A stretch of 64,000 nt of DNA from Camelus ferus (taxonomy: Eukaryota): positions 42,534,001-42,598,000 of the forward strand of contig NC_045696.1 in the NCBI RefSeq assembly GCF_009834535.1. Direction: 5' to 3'. Shown one piece after another: positions 27,921 through 39,754 of this stretch. Under the pieces are notes generated by a model. The model did not search any database. It was not told the origin of the DNA and was given only the letters and a program-made list of their open reading frames with translations. Position numbers and translations under genes: made by a program. How positions within the stretch are numbered: the first letter of the stretch is position 1; every line of letters starts with the position of its first letter.

Positions 27921-30900
27921 TTTATTTTATTTAATTTTTTTTTTATTGAGGTATAGTCAGTTTACAATGTTGTGTCAGTTTCTGGTGTACAGCACAATGC
28001 TTCAGTCATACATGGATATACATATGTTCATTTTTGTATTCTTTTTCACTGTAAGCTACTACAAGATATTGACTATATTTCCCTGTGCTATACAGAATAA
28101 ACTTGTTTATATATTTTATTTATACTAGGCAGTATCTGCAAATCTGGAACTCATAGTTTATCCCTTCCCATGCCCTCCGCTGTGGCAACTGCAAGTCTGT
28201 ATTCTATGTCTGTGAGTCTGTCTGTTTTATATATAAGTTCATTTGTCTTTTTTTATTTTAAATTCCCCATATGAGTGATATCATATGGTATTTTTCTTTC
28301 TCTTTCTGGCTTACTTCACTTAGAATGACATTCTCCAGGACCATCCATGTTGCTGCAAATGGCATTATTTTATCATTTTTATGGCTGAGTAGTATTCCGT
28401 TGTATAAATGTAATTGATTCTTCCAATCAAGAGCATGGGATATCTTTCCATTTCTTTAAGTCTTCTTTAATTTCATTAATTAATGTTTTGTAGTTCCCCA
28501 TATATAAGTCTTTCACCTCCTTGGTTAGATTTATTCCTAGGTATTTTATTACTTTGGGTGCTATTTTAAAAGGGAGTGTTTCTTTATTCTCTTTTCCTGT
28601 TGATTCATCCTTAGTGTAAAGTAATGCAACTGATCTTTGTACATTAATCTTCTATTCTGATACCTTGCCGAATTCTTTTGTTAGCTCTAGTAGTTTTTGT
28701 GTAGAGCTTTTAGGGTTTTCTCTATATAGTATAATGTCTGCATATAGTGACAATTTTACCTCTTCTTTTCCAATTTGGATCCCTTTTATTTCTCTCTCTT
28801 GCCTGATTGCTGTGGCTAGGACTTCCAACACGATGTTGAATAGGAGTGGTGATGGTGGGCAACCTTGTTGTGTCCCAGATTTTAGTGGGAAGGTTTTCAG
28901 TTTTTCACCATTGAATACTATGCTGGCTGTAGGTTTGTCATAAATAGCTTTATGTTGAGATATGTTCCCTCTATAGCCACTTTGGTAAGGGTTTTGTTTT
29001 TTTTTTTATCATAAATGGATGTTGAATTTTATCAAATGCTTTTTCTGCATCTATTGAGATGATCATGTGGTTTTTGTCCTTTCTTTTGTCGATGTGGTGT
29101 AACATATTGATTGATTTGGTATGTTGAACCATCCTTGTGTTCCTGGGATGAACCCAACTTGATCATGGTGTATGATCTTTTTTATATGATGTTGGATTCT
29201 GTTTGCTAATATTTTGTTGAGGATTTTTACATCTATGTTCATCAGTGATAATGGTCTTTTCTGGTAGTGTCTTTGCCTGGTTTTGGTATCAGGATGATGG
29301 TGGCTTCATAGAATGAGTTCAGTAGTATTCCCTCCTTTTCAATCTTCTGGAAGAGTTTGTTTGATATTACACAAGAGATGTAATATCCTCATCTTGTATT
29401 TCTCCTTTAATCATTATATAATGTTCTTTATATTTCTTTATGGCCTTTGTTTTAAAATCTATTTTGTCTGAAATCATTATTGCTACTCCTGCTTTCTTGT
29501 TATTTCCATTTGCCTGGAATATCTTTTTCTATCCTCTCACTCTCAATCTATGTGAGTCCTTCTCCCTAAATTGGGCCTCTTGTATGCAGCATATTGTAGG
29601 TTCTTGTTTTACTATCCAGTCTGCCACTCTGTGTCTTTCCATTGGAGCATTTAGTCCATTAACATTTACAGTAATTATTGATAGATAATTATTGATATGT
29701 TTATTGCCATTTGAACTTATTTTTGCAGTTGACTTGGTATTTCCTCTTTGTTCCTTTTTCTTGTGTTTTGATAATTTTCCTTTATATTGTCTTGGTTTCT
29801 TTTTAGTCTTTGTGACTCTATTGTAAGGTTTTTGGTTAGCCTGTTTTGTATGTATATTAACCCATTACTAAATATGTTTGTTTTAAACTGATAGTGATAT
29901 AAGCTCAAACCCATCCTACCAAGAATAAAAAAAAAAAAAACTCTATATATTTTTATGATTTAGATGTCCTCTTTTACAATTCAAGTTTATTCTGTTGCAA
30001 TTCATCGTAGTTATCACCATTCCAATTATGGCTTTCTCCTTTCTGTAGCATCCTGCTTCTTTTCTAGTTAGAATAGACCTTTCAATATTTCTTATAGCAT
30101 AGGTTTCATGTTGATAAATTCTTATAGTTTTTGCTTGTCTATGAAGTTCTTTATCTCTCCTCCTATTCTAAAGGTTAGCCTTCCTGGATAAAGTATCCTA
30201 GGTTGCATCTTTTTTTCATTCAGGACTTTGAATATATCTTGCCACTCCCTTCTGGGACTGCAGTGTTTGTGTAGAGAGATCAGCTGAAAGCCTTATGGGG
30301 GTTCCCTTGTAACTCACTCTTTGTTTTTCTCTTGCTGCCTTTAAAACAATTTCTTTATCCTTAACCCTGGCCATCCTGATTATAATGTCTTGGTGTGGGT
30401 CTGTTAGGGTTCTTCTAATATTTGGACTCCTCTGTGCTTCCTGTACTTGGATATCTGATTCCTTCTTTAGGTTTGGGAAGTTTTCAGTCATGATTTATTC
30501 AAATACCTTTTCAATCCCTTTTGCTCTTCCTTTTCTTTCTGGGAACCCTTTTATGTGTAGGTTGGCACACTTTATATTATCCCATAGGTCCCTTGTATTG
30601 TTTTCATTGGTTTTTATTTGTAATTCTGTCACCTGTTCTGATTGGATGACTTCTGTTGTCCTGCCTTCTAAGTCACTTATCTGTTCCTTTGCATTATCCA
30701 GCCTACTTTTTATAGCCTTTAGCTCAGCTCTCATCTCAGCATATGAGTTTTCCAATTTTAATTGGGTTCTCTTTATAGTTTCAATTTCCTTTTAATATAT
30801 TCTCTGTCTCTATTCACAATCTCTTTTAGGTCCTTCAGTACTTTGAGCACTCCTTTTTTGAAGTCAGGATCTAGTAGACTATCAAGGTCTATTTCATTGA

Positions 30901-32690
30901 TTGTTCTTTCAGGGGATTTCTCATATTCTTTTAATTGGGAGTGGTTCTTCTGCGTCTTCATTTTACATATATCTCTCTGGCACTATGGATTATGGAATAT
31001 CAGTCATCTACTGTGGTCCTGAGGGGGTTTATTTGTTTATTTATCTAAAGTGGATTTGGAAATAAAACTAAAAGATTTGAAAACAGTATAATCAATAACA
31101 GAAGAACAAAACAAACAGAAATAAAAATCAAATAGAGAAATTTTTAAAAATTAATAAAAAAATTTTTAAAGAAAATTTTAAGTGATTTAAAAAATAAAAA
31201 AGTTTAAAAAAAAAAACTAAAAAAAGAAAAAGAAAAAAGAAAGGAGAAAAAAAAGGTCAGTGTGTTCCCGTGGAGGCTGCCTGCTTAATAATTTTGTCAC
31301 GAGGTCCCTCTTAAATATAGGTGGTTGCCAAGTCTTCCTTCTAGGCCTTTCGTCTGTTATCCCTTTGGCTGGGGGTGTGGCCAGTGTTGTGGTGTGAGAG
31401 CCTGCCCTGGCTATTGAGCTGGGCCTTTTTGTTCTGTGGTTGTCGCACTTACTGCCCTCACCCTCTGAGGGAACTCTGCTACCTGGTTCCAGAGGTGCTC
31501 GGGTCGTGCCTCAGGTCTGTGCAGGTAGGCGGGCGGGTCTCGCCCCCTCCCAACACTGCTTTCCGGCGCCGCGCTTGCGCATGGTAGTTGGGCGCGTCGC
31601 TCCCCATTCAGTGACCTTTAGGTGGGCGGGCTGCGCCCCAGTCTGTGCTGCTCTCAGTGCAGGCAGTGGGTGGGTCGCACCGCCTCCCAACGCTGTGTTC
31701 TGCTGCTGCGCTCCCGCATGGTAGGTGAGTGGGTTGTTCCCCTGTTTTGTGCCACTCTTCGCACTGCAGTAGGGTCTGCACTCCTAGGCGGGCTTGGAGA
31801 GAAGGGCGGCACCAGCCCTCAGGCCTGTGTGTGTCAGAACTCAACTCCTTGTTCCTGTGTCTTAGAGGCGCGAGTTTATAGAGACACTGCGGCAGAACAG
31901 TCCCTTCTGCCTAGGGCTGTAAACAAATCTCTGTCCTGCCTGGCTGCTAGGTAAGGATTCGGGTTTCAACCCCACCTCCGCCTGGGAGCGGTGCCCCAGG
32001 GAACATGGCGGCTGCGGCTGAGCCCCGCCTCTCTTCTCCGGAGAACACGGCAGTAATGGCGCCAAGGGTCTGCGGAGACAAAGGCTGCGGCGCCCCTCCC
32101 CTCAGGACACACTAGCAGTATTGCTTTGCTTTTTTTTTTTTTTTTCTTTCATTTTTTTCATAGGCGACCCAGGCTATTCTGATCTATATACCCTCCCGGC
32201 CATGGCGCACAGCACACACACTGCAGTCCCCCGAGGTTGCCTCTGTACAGCCAGGCCCGAGTTCTCCCGGCTCGGCCATCTGTCCTGTCCCGCCCACCAT
32301 TGCCAGTTCATGTGTAGGGCTGGGGGCCACGGGTGCCCTTTGTGCCCGTTTATCTTAGTTCTGTCGGTTAAGCGCTATTCCATACAGATCCGAGCCTCGG
32401 AGGTTCCCGCTCCATCCCGCTGACTTCTCTGTTGGAGAAGCGGAGACCCAGTGAAGGGGCGCTGTTCCGCCTTTGCCGCTCCCTCCCCACGGGACCAGTC
32501 TCGCACTGTTTTCCTTTTTCTTCTTTCCTCTTCTGCTACCAGATTTGTGGTGTATTTTGTCTTTTGAAGACTGCGATGTTAGAGTTCAGCAGGTGTTCTG
32601 AGTGGAAGGGTGGGTCTGTGGATGTCAGTCTTGGGGTATTTGTGGGAGAGGGTGAGCTACCAGCGTCCTTCTACTCCGCCATCTTGTCCC
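27921..32690 (-). mobile_element. L1 with intact 5' and 3' termini (about 4.8 kb), disrupted ORF1, ORF2 with two large internal deletions
   Basis: T-rich tail and 3' UTR at about 27921-28260. ORF2 C-terminus about 28260-28410, RT region 28410-29360, endonuclease N-terminus 29380-29710 (ATG at 29710). ORF1 pieces in the ORF track (MKTQKNHSQLKE.., ..RDLWDNIKCANLHIKGFPE, MTENFPNL..KAAREKQRVSYKGTPIRLSADLS). GC/CpG-rich 5' UTR beginning with the YY1 motif CAAGATGGCGG (32676-32686). Confidence 0.95.
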
Positions 32691-32694
32691 TTCT

Positions 32695-32870
32695 CATTTT
32701 TTTTTATATATGTTTATCTGCTAATCCCAAACTCCTCACTTTTCCCTCCTCCCCTTTCCCCTTTGGCAACCAAAAGTTTATTTTCTATGTCTCTGAGTCT
32801 CTTTTTGTTTTGTAAATAAGTTCATTTGTATCATTTTTTAGATTCCACATACAAGCGATATCATAGAATA
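32695..32870 (-). mobile_element. Older L1 3' fragment, right half
   Basis: tatctgctaatcccaaactcct..ctttggcaaccaaaagttt..tttttagattccacatacaagcgatatcata continues the 27749-27920 fragment. Confidence 0.85.
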
Positions 32871-33209
32871 GGATTATCCAGGTTTTTGATTGTACTCTCA
32901 TTCAGGAACCTTTTGTCTTTAGGGAAATAATGTGTCAGATAGAATTGAGAAACTGAATCAAGTAGCTTTTATACTAAAATAAATCATTTGTCAATCTGGT
33001 TTTATTGATCATTTCTTTGAGTTCAGTTAGTGCAAGCCTGCATCTGAGAGAAAAATCGCTGCAGGTGTGCTGACATTCAGTCTCTTCAAGGTGAGGGGCC
33101 AGGGGCTGCCGTGGGACACGTATTAAGCTAATCTCCCCACAGAGCATTTTGGGGGAAGCTGGTTGGCTATAGGGAACCCCTTCCCCTCGACAGTAATCTG
33201 GGCGTTTGG

Positions 33210-34560
33210 TTATTTATTTATTTGAAAAAGGTGTTAAGTATCCCTAAAGCATCAGACACTGTGCTTTGTACTGACAAAGTAATGGTGGTCAAGACACAGT
33301 CCCATCCCTCAGAGGCCTTAGAGTCTAGTGACATCACAAGCATGCGATGCCTCTTCTGTCCTAACTTCCGCCTGACTCAGACTGCGAACACTGGGGCCAG
33401 TTGATACGTATGAGGTGCTGTGGGATCCTGTGTGGATCAGTTGCTAAGACAGGAGGAACATCTCTTGGTTCATACAAAACTTGGTTGTCAAGCTTCTGTT
33501 ATGACAGGGGTCCATACAGTTTTGTAGGATCCAGGATTCCCCCACTGCCTGCTCCCTTAGAGTTAAATTTTCTGAACTTACCAGGTTTCCTGGGCCACCC
33601 TCACCTGGCACTGGGAGAGCCTTCCCACCTTACTCTGTGCCACAGGTGAACTCGCCCCATCTTCTCCTCCCCTTAGGCCAGACTAGGTCCACAGATACTC
33701 TTTCCTGGAGGGGAGGCCAGATAATATTCTAAATACACTGTCAACTGTTAGGACTGTTGTTACAAAAACATTAAAAAAATAATTCTTTCCCTTGGTTAAT
33801 GGCTCCATTCATTAGTTCATCCCTTTGTTCACTTGATGTTCTTTGAACAAGTGCTGTGTGCAAGGCTCCCCGGTTTTTTCCTTTTTACTGCTTCACCCTA
33901 GAAAAAGAAGTAAGCCACATATTACTATTGTATGCAAGATATTTATACAGATTCCTTGTGGGAACATTGGGGCATTAGGGAATTTGTGGAGTAGGTGGTA
34001 TTGAGACAGCTTTGAAGTATGAAATATGCTTTTACTGGCAGAGACAGCAGGGCCTCAGGAAGAGACGACTGTAGTAATGGGGAAGAGGAAAGGATGCTGC
34101 TTTTGAAGTCCGATTGACCTCTAACCCCAGCTCTGCCAATTATCATACATGTGACCTTAGAAAAGTCAATTTATCTCTTTCAGCTTTCATTTCTCCTGAG
34201 CAAAATGGGCTGAACATACCCACCTTCCCACAGTTGTGAGGATTCTGTGTAATAATACATGTTAAATTTTCCTGGAAACATTAAGTGCTATGTAATGTAG
34301 GATTTTGTTCACACACAGTTAGCAAAAGAAAAACTCAAGAGGAGTTGTGGGGTGTGTTCTAGGAACAGCAGGTGTTTTGGTTGTGAATTCTGGTTAGGTC
34401 TTGATGCTCTCTCTCATTTGAATTGACCCTAGAAAAGGGTTACCCCCTTTTTCAATCCCTCAGCTGGAAAATGGGAATGCTAATTTCCACTCACCAGTGT
34501 TATAGACACTGTGATTACTAAAATTAGATTATCTTATAAAATGCAATGAACATTTGGAAG
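33210..34560. mobile_element. Scattered L2 (about 33210-33330 and 33800-34070) and MIR (about 34100-34300 and 34380-34560) fragments
   Basis: aagacacagtcccatccctcagaggc..gagtctagt (L2); ccccagctctgcca..tgtgaccttagaaaagtca (MIR). Confidence 0.55.
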
Positions 34561-36422
34561 TGAAGAACTAATGTAAATACACTCAACTGAGTACATGTTT
34601 CAGCAAAGAAATATTCTGAAGAGATCTCTTTTAATGTGCTACTGTTCTCTTGCTAGGAAAATAGGAAATGTTCAACAAAGCTCTTGAAATGACAATAGAC
34701 TAAGAAAATGCATTAAAATTTGATCTATAGTAGGTGACTGTTCTTTTAAAAATTGTCAGTTTCATTTTTTAAAAATTGCAGCATTCTAATACTTGATTTT
34801 GGTTAATTATCATCAGAGCCATTTGGGGATTTGGGCATGAATTTCATTTTAATAAACATATCAGCCTAATTTGGGAATGACTTTTATTTCAAAATTGAAT
34901 TCCTAATATAAATGTCTGAGAGAAGCCTCTATAAAACCCAACACATACACAAGAGATATGTCTTCTTAATGTAAATGCAGCCTAAAATTGCAAAAAAGAC
35001 ATAGACATAAGAATTTTGGAACAGTCATTTGTAGGTGACTGCATAATTCCTAAGGTTTCATCCCTTTGTTTTCCGAATGGTGTCTTTAAGCTCGGCTTAA
35101 TCTGTTTCTCTGACAGTTGGGGGTGTGTGTGACACCTACAAAAGAAGTATTTTCTTCACTATTGCCCTTACGAGCAACATCTTAGTATATACAAAAATGG
35201 CATGAGGATGCTAATTGGAATGGCTTCTGAGACAACATCAACACTGCTGACCCTATGGCATTGTGTACACCAAACCAAATCCAGTAATATGATGCCTCAG
35301 TACATTTGTGAACGCTAACACACAGGTGCATCAACATAGCACTGCCTCAGTAGCAGTGCGTTGACGCAGAAACATGCTGGTTTAAGAGCAGAACAGTTCA
35401 AGCATTAATACAAAGAATGTGTTTATCATGTATTTATAATTTGTAATGTCGCTACCTGTCAGTCATAAGCTCTGCTGATATAATGACACTCTTTCCGTCT
35501 CACTGATCCCACAGGTTTTGTACATGCTAATTCAAGGTTAGATTTGCCCATTTTGAAAAAGGTGATGCCTTCTCTGTGACATGAGACATGCTTGATTATT
35601 TTAGAAAATATTATCAATTCAGTTTCAAATTTATGAAACAAATTAACTAGGTGGTAATTATTTCATTTCTACAGTGATTATTTTCATGGAGAAGGAAATA
35701 CACATAGGACTCAAAGTCCCTTTGGGGACATATAAAATAGAATTTATGTATGAGTATTCAGAAACATAAAATCATTTATAATAGTAATTTTCCCACCCTC
35801 CTGGTGTCAGTAAATGGCATGCAATAATACTCACATAGAATTCCTGCATATCTAAAATAAGTCATCATTTTTGCTTTGCTCAAGCTGTCAGTGGGGAAAA
35901 GACACACATGTACTAGTACAGAAATATAAAACTATGATAAAACAAAAAATGACTAAGTCACAACTATAGTGCTGGCAAAAAAAAATTGCTAGTCATATTC
36001 TAGTCTGTGAATCAGAAAGGCAACCAAATAAAACCCAGCTGAGCACGTGTTTCCCTAAAGTAGTCAACAGTTCTTAAAGAATCTAGTGGGATGTGTTTTG
36101 GGGACAAAGTTATCTTTTAAAGAATTTTTCTGCTGAGTTTTAGAAATGTTGCAGATAGTAATAAGTCTTTATTATTTTGATGGTAAAAGATTGGTAGTTC
36201 AGGACCTTTCTGTCTGTTTGGGGGATTAACACTGAGAGTGTTTACTACTCTTATCATTGGAGGTTTAGTCATGAGTAAGTCTTGAAACCAACTCTTGAAA
36301 TGAACTTAATAAGAGCTTTGCTGACTGTTTTCCCCAAATCACATAGTATAAGGCTATATTTAGGACTGTTCTTCTGAATGGAATGTGTGGTACACTGAGC
36401 AGAGCTTTCTGGGAGGAGTCTG

Positions 36423-36986
36423 TGTTGCCGGAGAGCAAGTTCTTGTTTCATCACAGAAAGAATTCAGAAATGAGACAAGGAGGTCAAGAAAGCAAGGCAA
36501 GGATTTACTAAGGATAAATAACACACTCTCAAGGGGAGAGCTGGCAGACCCAGGTGGGTAGCTGCCCTCAGGTTCTTTGGCAAGCTTGTTACATGGGTGT
36601 AAAGATGAATGGGCACAATATTCATCAGTAGGGAGGGCTTTGAGGTCATCTTTCCTGATCTTCATCCCAGCTTCACCTTATTTAGTCTTGACTGGGGAGT
36701 CAGAGTCGGATGAGGGCATAATGAGCAAAAGGTTACATTCAAAGGGGAGTATAACCAGCGAAAGGTTACATTCAGATGATGGAGATTCCTGTCTTGTCCC
36801 ACCTTTCTTTGCTTGCCTCAAGGACACTTGTCACCCCACAATATATGATTTCTGATCAGTCCAGAGGTTCCTGTTTTGCTTGGTCTGTCCAAGGACCCCC
36901 TTTATTCTCAAGATGTGTGGTTTCCTGCCATGTGTCCCCGTGTCCCCCTTTCTCTGCTCAAATCTAGCTGCATGCCTGCTCTAACA
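36423..36986 (-). mobile_element. ERV1-class solo LTR, 564 bp
   Basis: TGTT...AACA termini, 4-bp near-TSD tctg/cctg, variant polyA signal AGTAAA on the minus strand near 36505, internal direct repeat aaaggttacattca twice. Confidence 0.75.
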
Positions 36987-39754
36987 CCTGGACAATAAGG
37001 CAGCAGGGACACCAGAGCCTATTTCCCTCCTCCTGGTGGGGGGGGGCGCATCTAAACTCATCATCTCATGGATGCATAGCGTTTTTTACTCTGCCAGCAT
37101 CCTACAGGCCATGAGGTTTCCACACATTGGGCAGCCAGCTTTCTCAGACAGTCTTGACATCCAAATTCTAACTCTTGGTACCAAACAGCTGTGTATTCTT
37201 GTTTGGACAAGACTACTTTTGGTTCTTAAACTATAGGAAGGGAGGTGACCTCTTATCCCCCACCTCCCCTACCTCCCCCACCAAAGGCAGCAATTCCACA
37301 TTGCAACACAGGGTTAAGGAATGTAACCCGCTACTGGGCACGACAAGGAGCAGCTGAAGAAATCTCCTGGCATGACATGATGCATTTGGCCAGTCCCTGG
37401 CTGGTGCTGTTTATGGACCATGTGAAGTATAAGGATCCACTGATTCCCAGAGCTCTCAATTGTGTGATAAAAGATCAAACTACCATCATATTGGCTGTTG
37501 ATGAAGCATCTTTGATGATTAAATTCTGGGAGAAAAAAATACACTTTATAATAAGCAGCTTATAATGTTATATTTGGGCTAGTTATAGGGAACTCTCCAA
37601 TTAGGAGGGTTTCTCAAATGCCCAGCAAGTCCACTACAGCTACAACCATGCATGCTTCCAGTTTTACTAGATGGCAGAATCAGGGACAGATTCGAGGAGG
37701 GAAGAGATTGATAAAGAGTGGCAACTAAAAGGATTGTCTCAGCAGTATAGAAGAACCCTTCAGCATCTCAGTGTGGTGGTTTTTATCATCATGGCAAAGG
37801 ATGGATTTCACATTCTGGTTGCCTGCCTGTCATTTTATAAAGCAAGCTCTGGGGCAGAATTTTGTTCTGAAATGCACATGTGATTCCCACTAACATTCTC
37901 TTCAATATGTTCCCTCTAGTTAGGAAATTCATATGAAGCAAGGGCCAGTATAATCTAGTTATAGAGAGGTAAAAACTACTGTGCGATATACCCATTAATA
38001 TGCTAATGTGTATTTGTGTTTTTGGAAACTTGCAATTCAATGACTCTAAGAGTTGAGTCCTTTCCCCTGAAGGTCATTACTGCTACTCTTAGCCCTTGAA
38101 TAGTTCCATTAATGATGACTCATCTCCCTTAGGTGATGATGGTAATGGCAGAGCAAGCCAAGAGACACAATTCAAAAAGGTCTCAATTTCAGGAGAATGC
38201 AAATAATTTTATACAGTGGACTCCCTGTATTCCTATGCGTCGTACTTCTTTATCTGCCTACTCCATGAGGTCTGCCTATTTCTAAAGAGTAAGTAGAGTA
38301 ATGGCAATGATGAAAACTAAATTCAGTTTGATCCTCGTAAAATTAAATTGCTCAAAGCGGGGAGTAAAGATGAAGATGTTCAAGTCTTTTGCTTATGTAT
38401 TGGGTAAAATAGTAGTGTAACTAGAGCAGGGAATTTCTGCCTGATCCAGAGAGTATGAGTTACATTGGAGGATTTACAGTTGTCTCTTGAAATTGCTTTA
38501 TAGACAGTTAATATAGTTCAGACTGAAGCATCCATCTTCATTTCTCATGGACAATAAATACTAAATGGTCCAAGGTCTAAATTGGCCTTTTTTTCACAAT
38601 TGAAATTCACTGAAATATTTAATTACCAAATCTTTATTTGGTGTTGGCAGGAGATAAAAAGAGGAAGATGAAGCTCTTCAGAACCAAAATTCATCTGCCA
38701 CCAATACCAGCCTTTGTATTTAAAAAGCAATCAGTGATAGCATGACTTTCCTTCTTTGTACTATTTTTGTATTTTAGTTATTTGGGAGGAAGGACATTTA
38801 AAAAATTGGCACAGTATCAAAATACAATGCAACGAAAATTAAACTTCATGGACTTTGGGAGGAGATAAAGGGAAAATGTAATATATTCAATGTAGGACCT
38901 CCCAACCTTGACTATATCCTGTGTGTCAAATAGAAATGAATGGATGGATTTTGGTGATACTTAGCTTTGTAGTAATAAGGACTGGAAATGTTAACATCAA
39001 TAACTTATTACTGCATAAACTACATTTGGAAAAACCGTCTCTTTGAGACAATATTACTTTGGCTCTTATTCAAATGAGCAGGAACAAATGAGACATTTAT
39101 ACAGTTTTTCTTTTTTTTTACTCAAATCAAGCTAAATCTCATTAGGAAATGATTCCACCAAAAAGAGCTTCTGCAATTAAAAATAATTTAGATTAGAGAT
39201 AATCTATTTGACAAAAGTATATGTCCTATATAGATGCACTTATTCATTATGTAAAACAGAAATCAATTTTCTGTTAAGGGTCATTCACTCATAACTGAAA
39301 CAGTTTAGACCTAATTAATGGAAACATTTTTTTTTTCCTGCCAGGTTCTATCATCAAACAATGAGATAGATTAGTGAAACCTAAATGCATTTGATTAAAA
39401 GGAAAAGTCCCACCTCTTTTTATGTTGTTCATCCTATATATATAGTTTTTAAAATATAACTGCAATTTGGCTGCCAATTATCTACAAATAAGTTAGAAAA
39501 ACTTTAATATGATATTTGAAATCAAATATAGGGATAGAGTGACTCAGTGGATTGAATCAAGTATAGGAAGCCTGGCAATTGCAGAATTAATCTCAGTTTT
39601 GCCCAGTTATCTTTGACCTCTTGGCAGTCATACTGATGGTAATGGCAGAATCTGTGGGTCTGTAAGAGGAGTTCCTCTACCTCCCACCTCCAGCTCTGTT
39701 GTTTGGAAGGTGATGAATATCTTTTTCCTAATACCTTAATTTTGTTAAACTGTG

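Noticed and set aside
28400..28420. Splicing as the cause of the ORF2 deletions in the long L1
   Set aside because: The expected removed sequence does not begin GT or end AG by recalled consensus, and the other junction carries inserted bases.
28665..31022. Plus-strand hydrophobic ORFs
   Set aside because: Antisense frames of L1 ORF1 and ORF2.
31375..32819. CpG island with many ORFs as a host-gene promoter or first exon
   Set aside because: It is the L1 5' UTR, bounded by the YY1 motif and ORF1.
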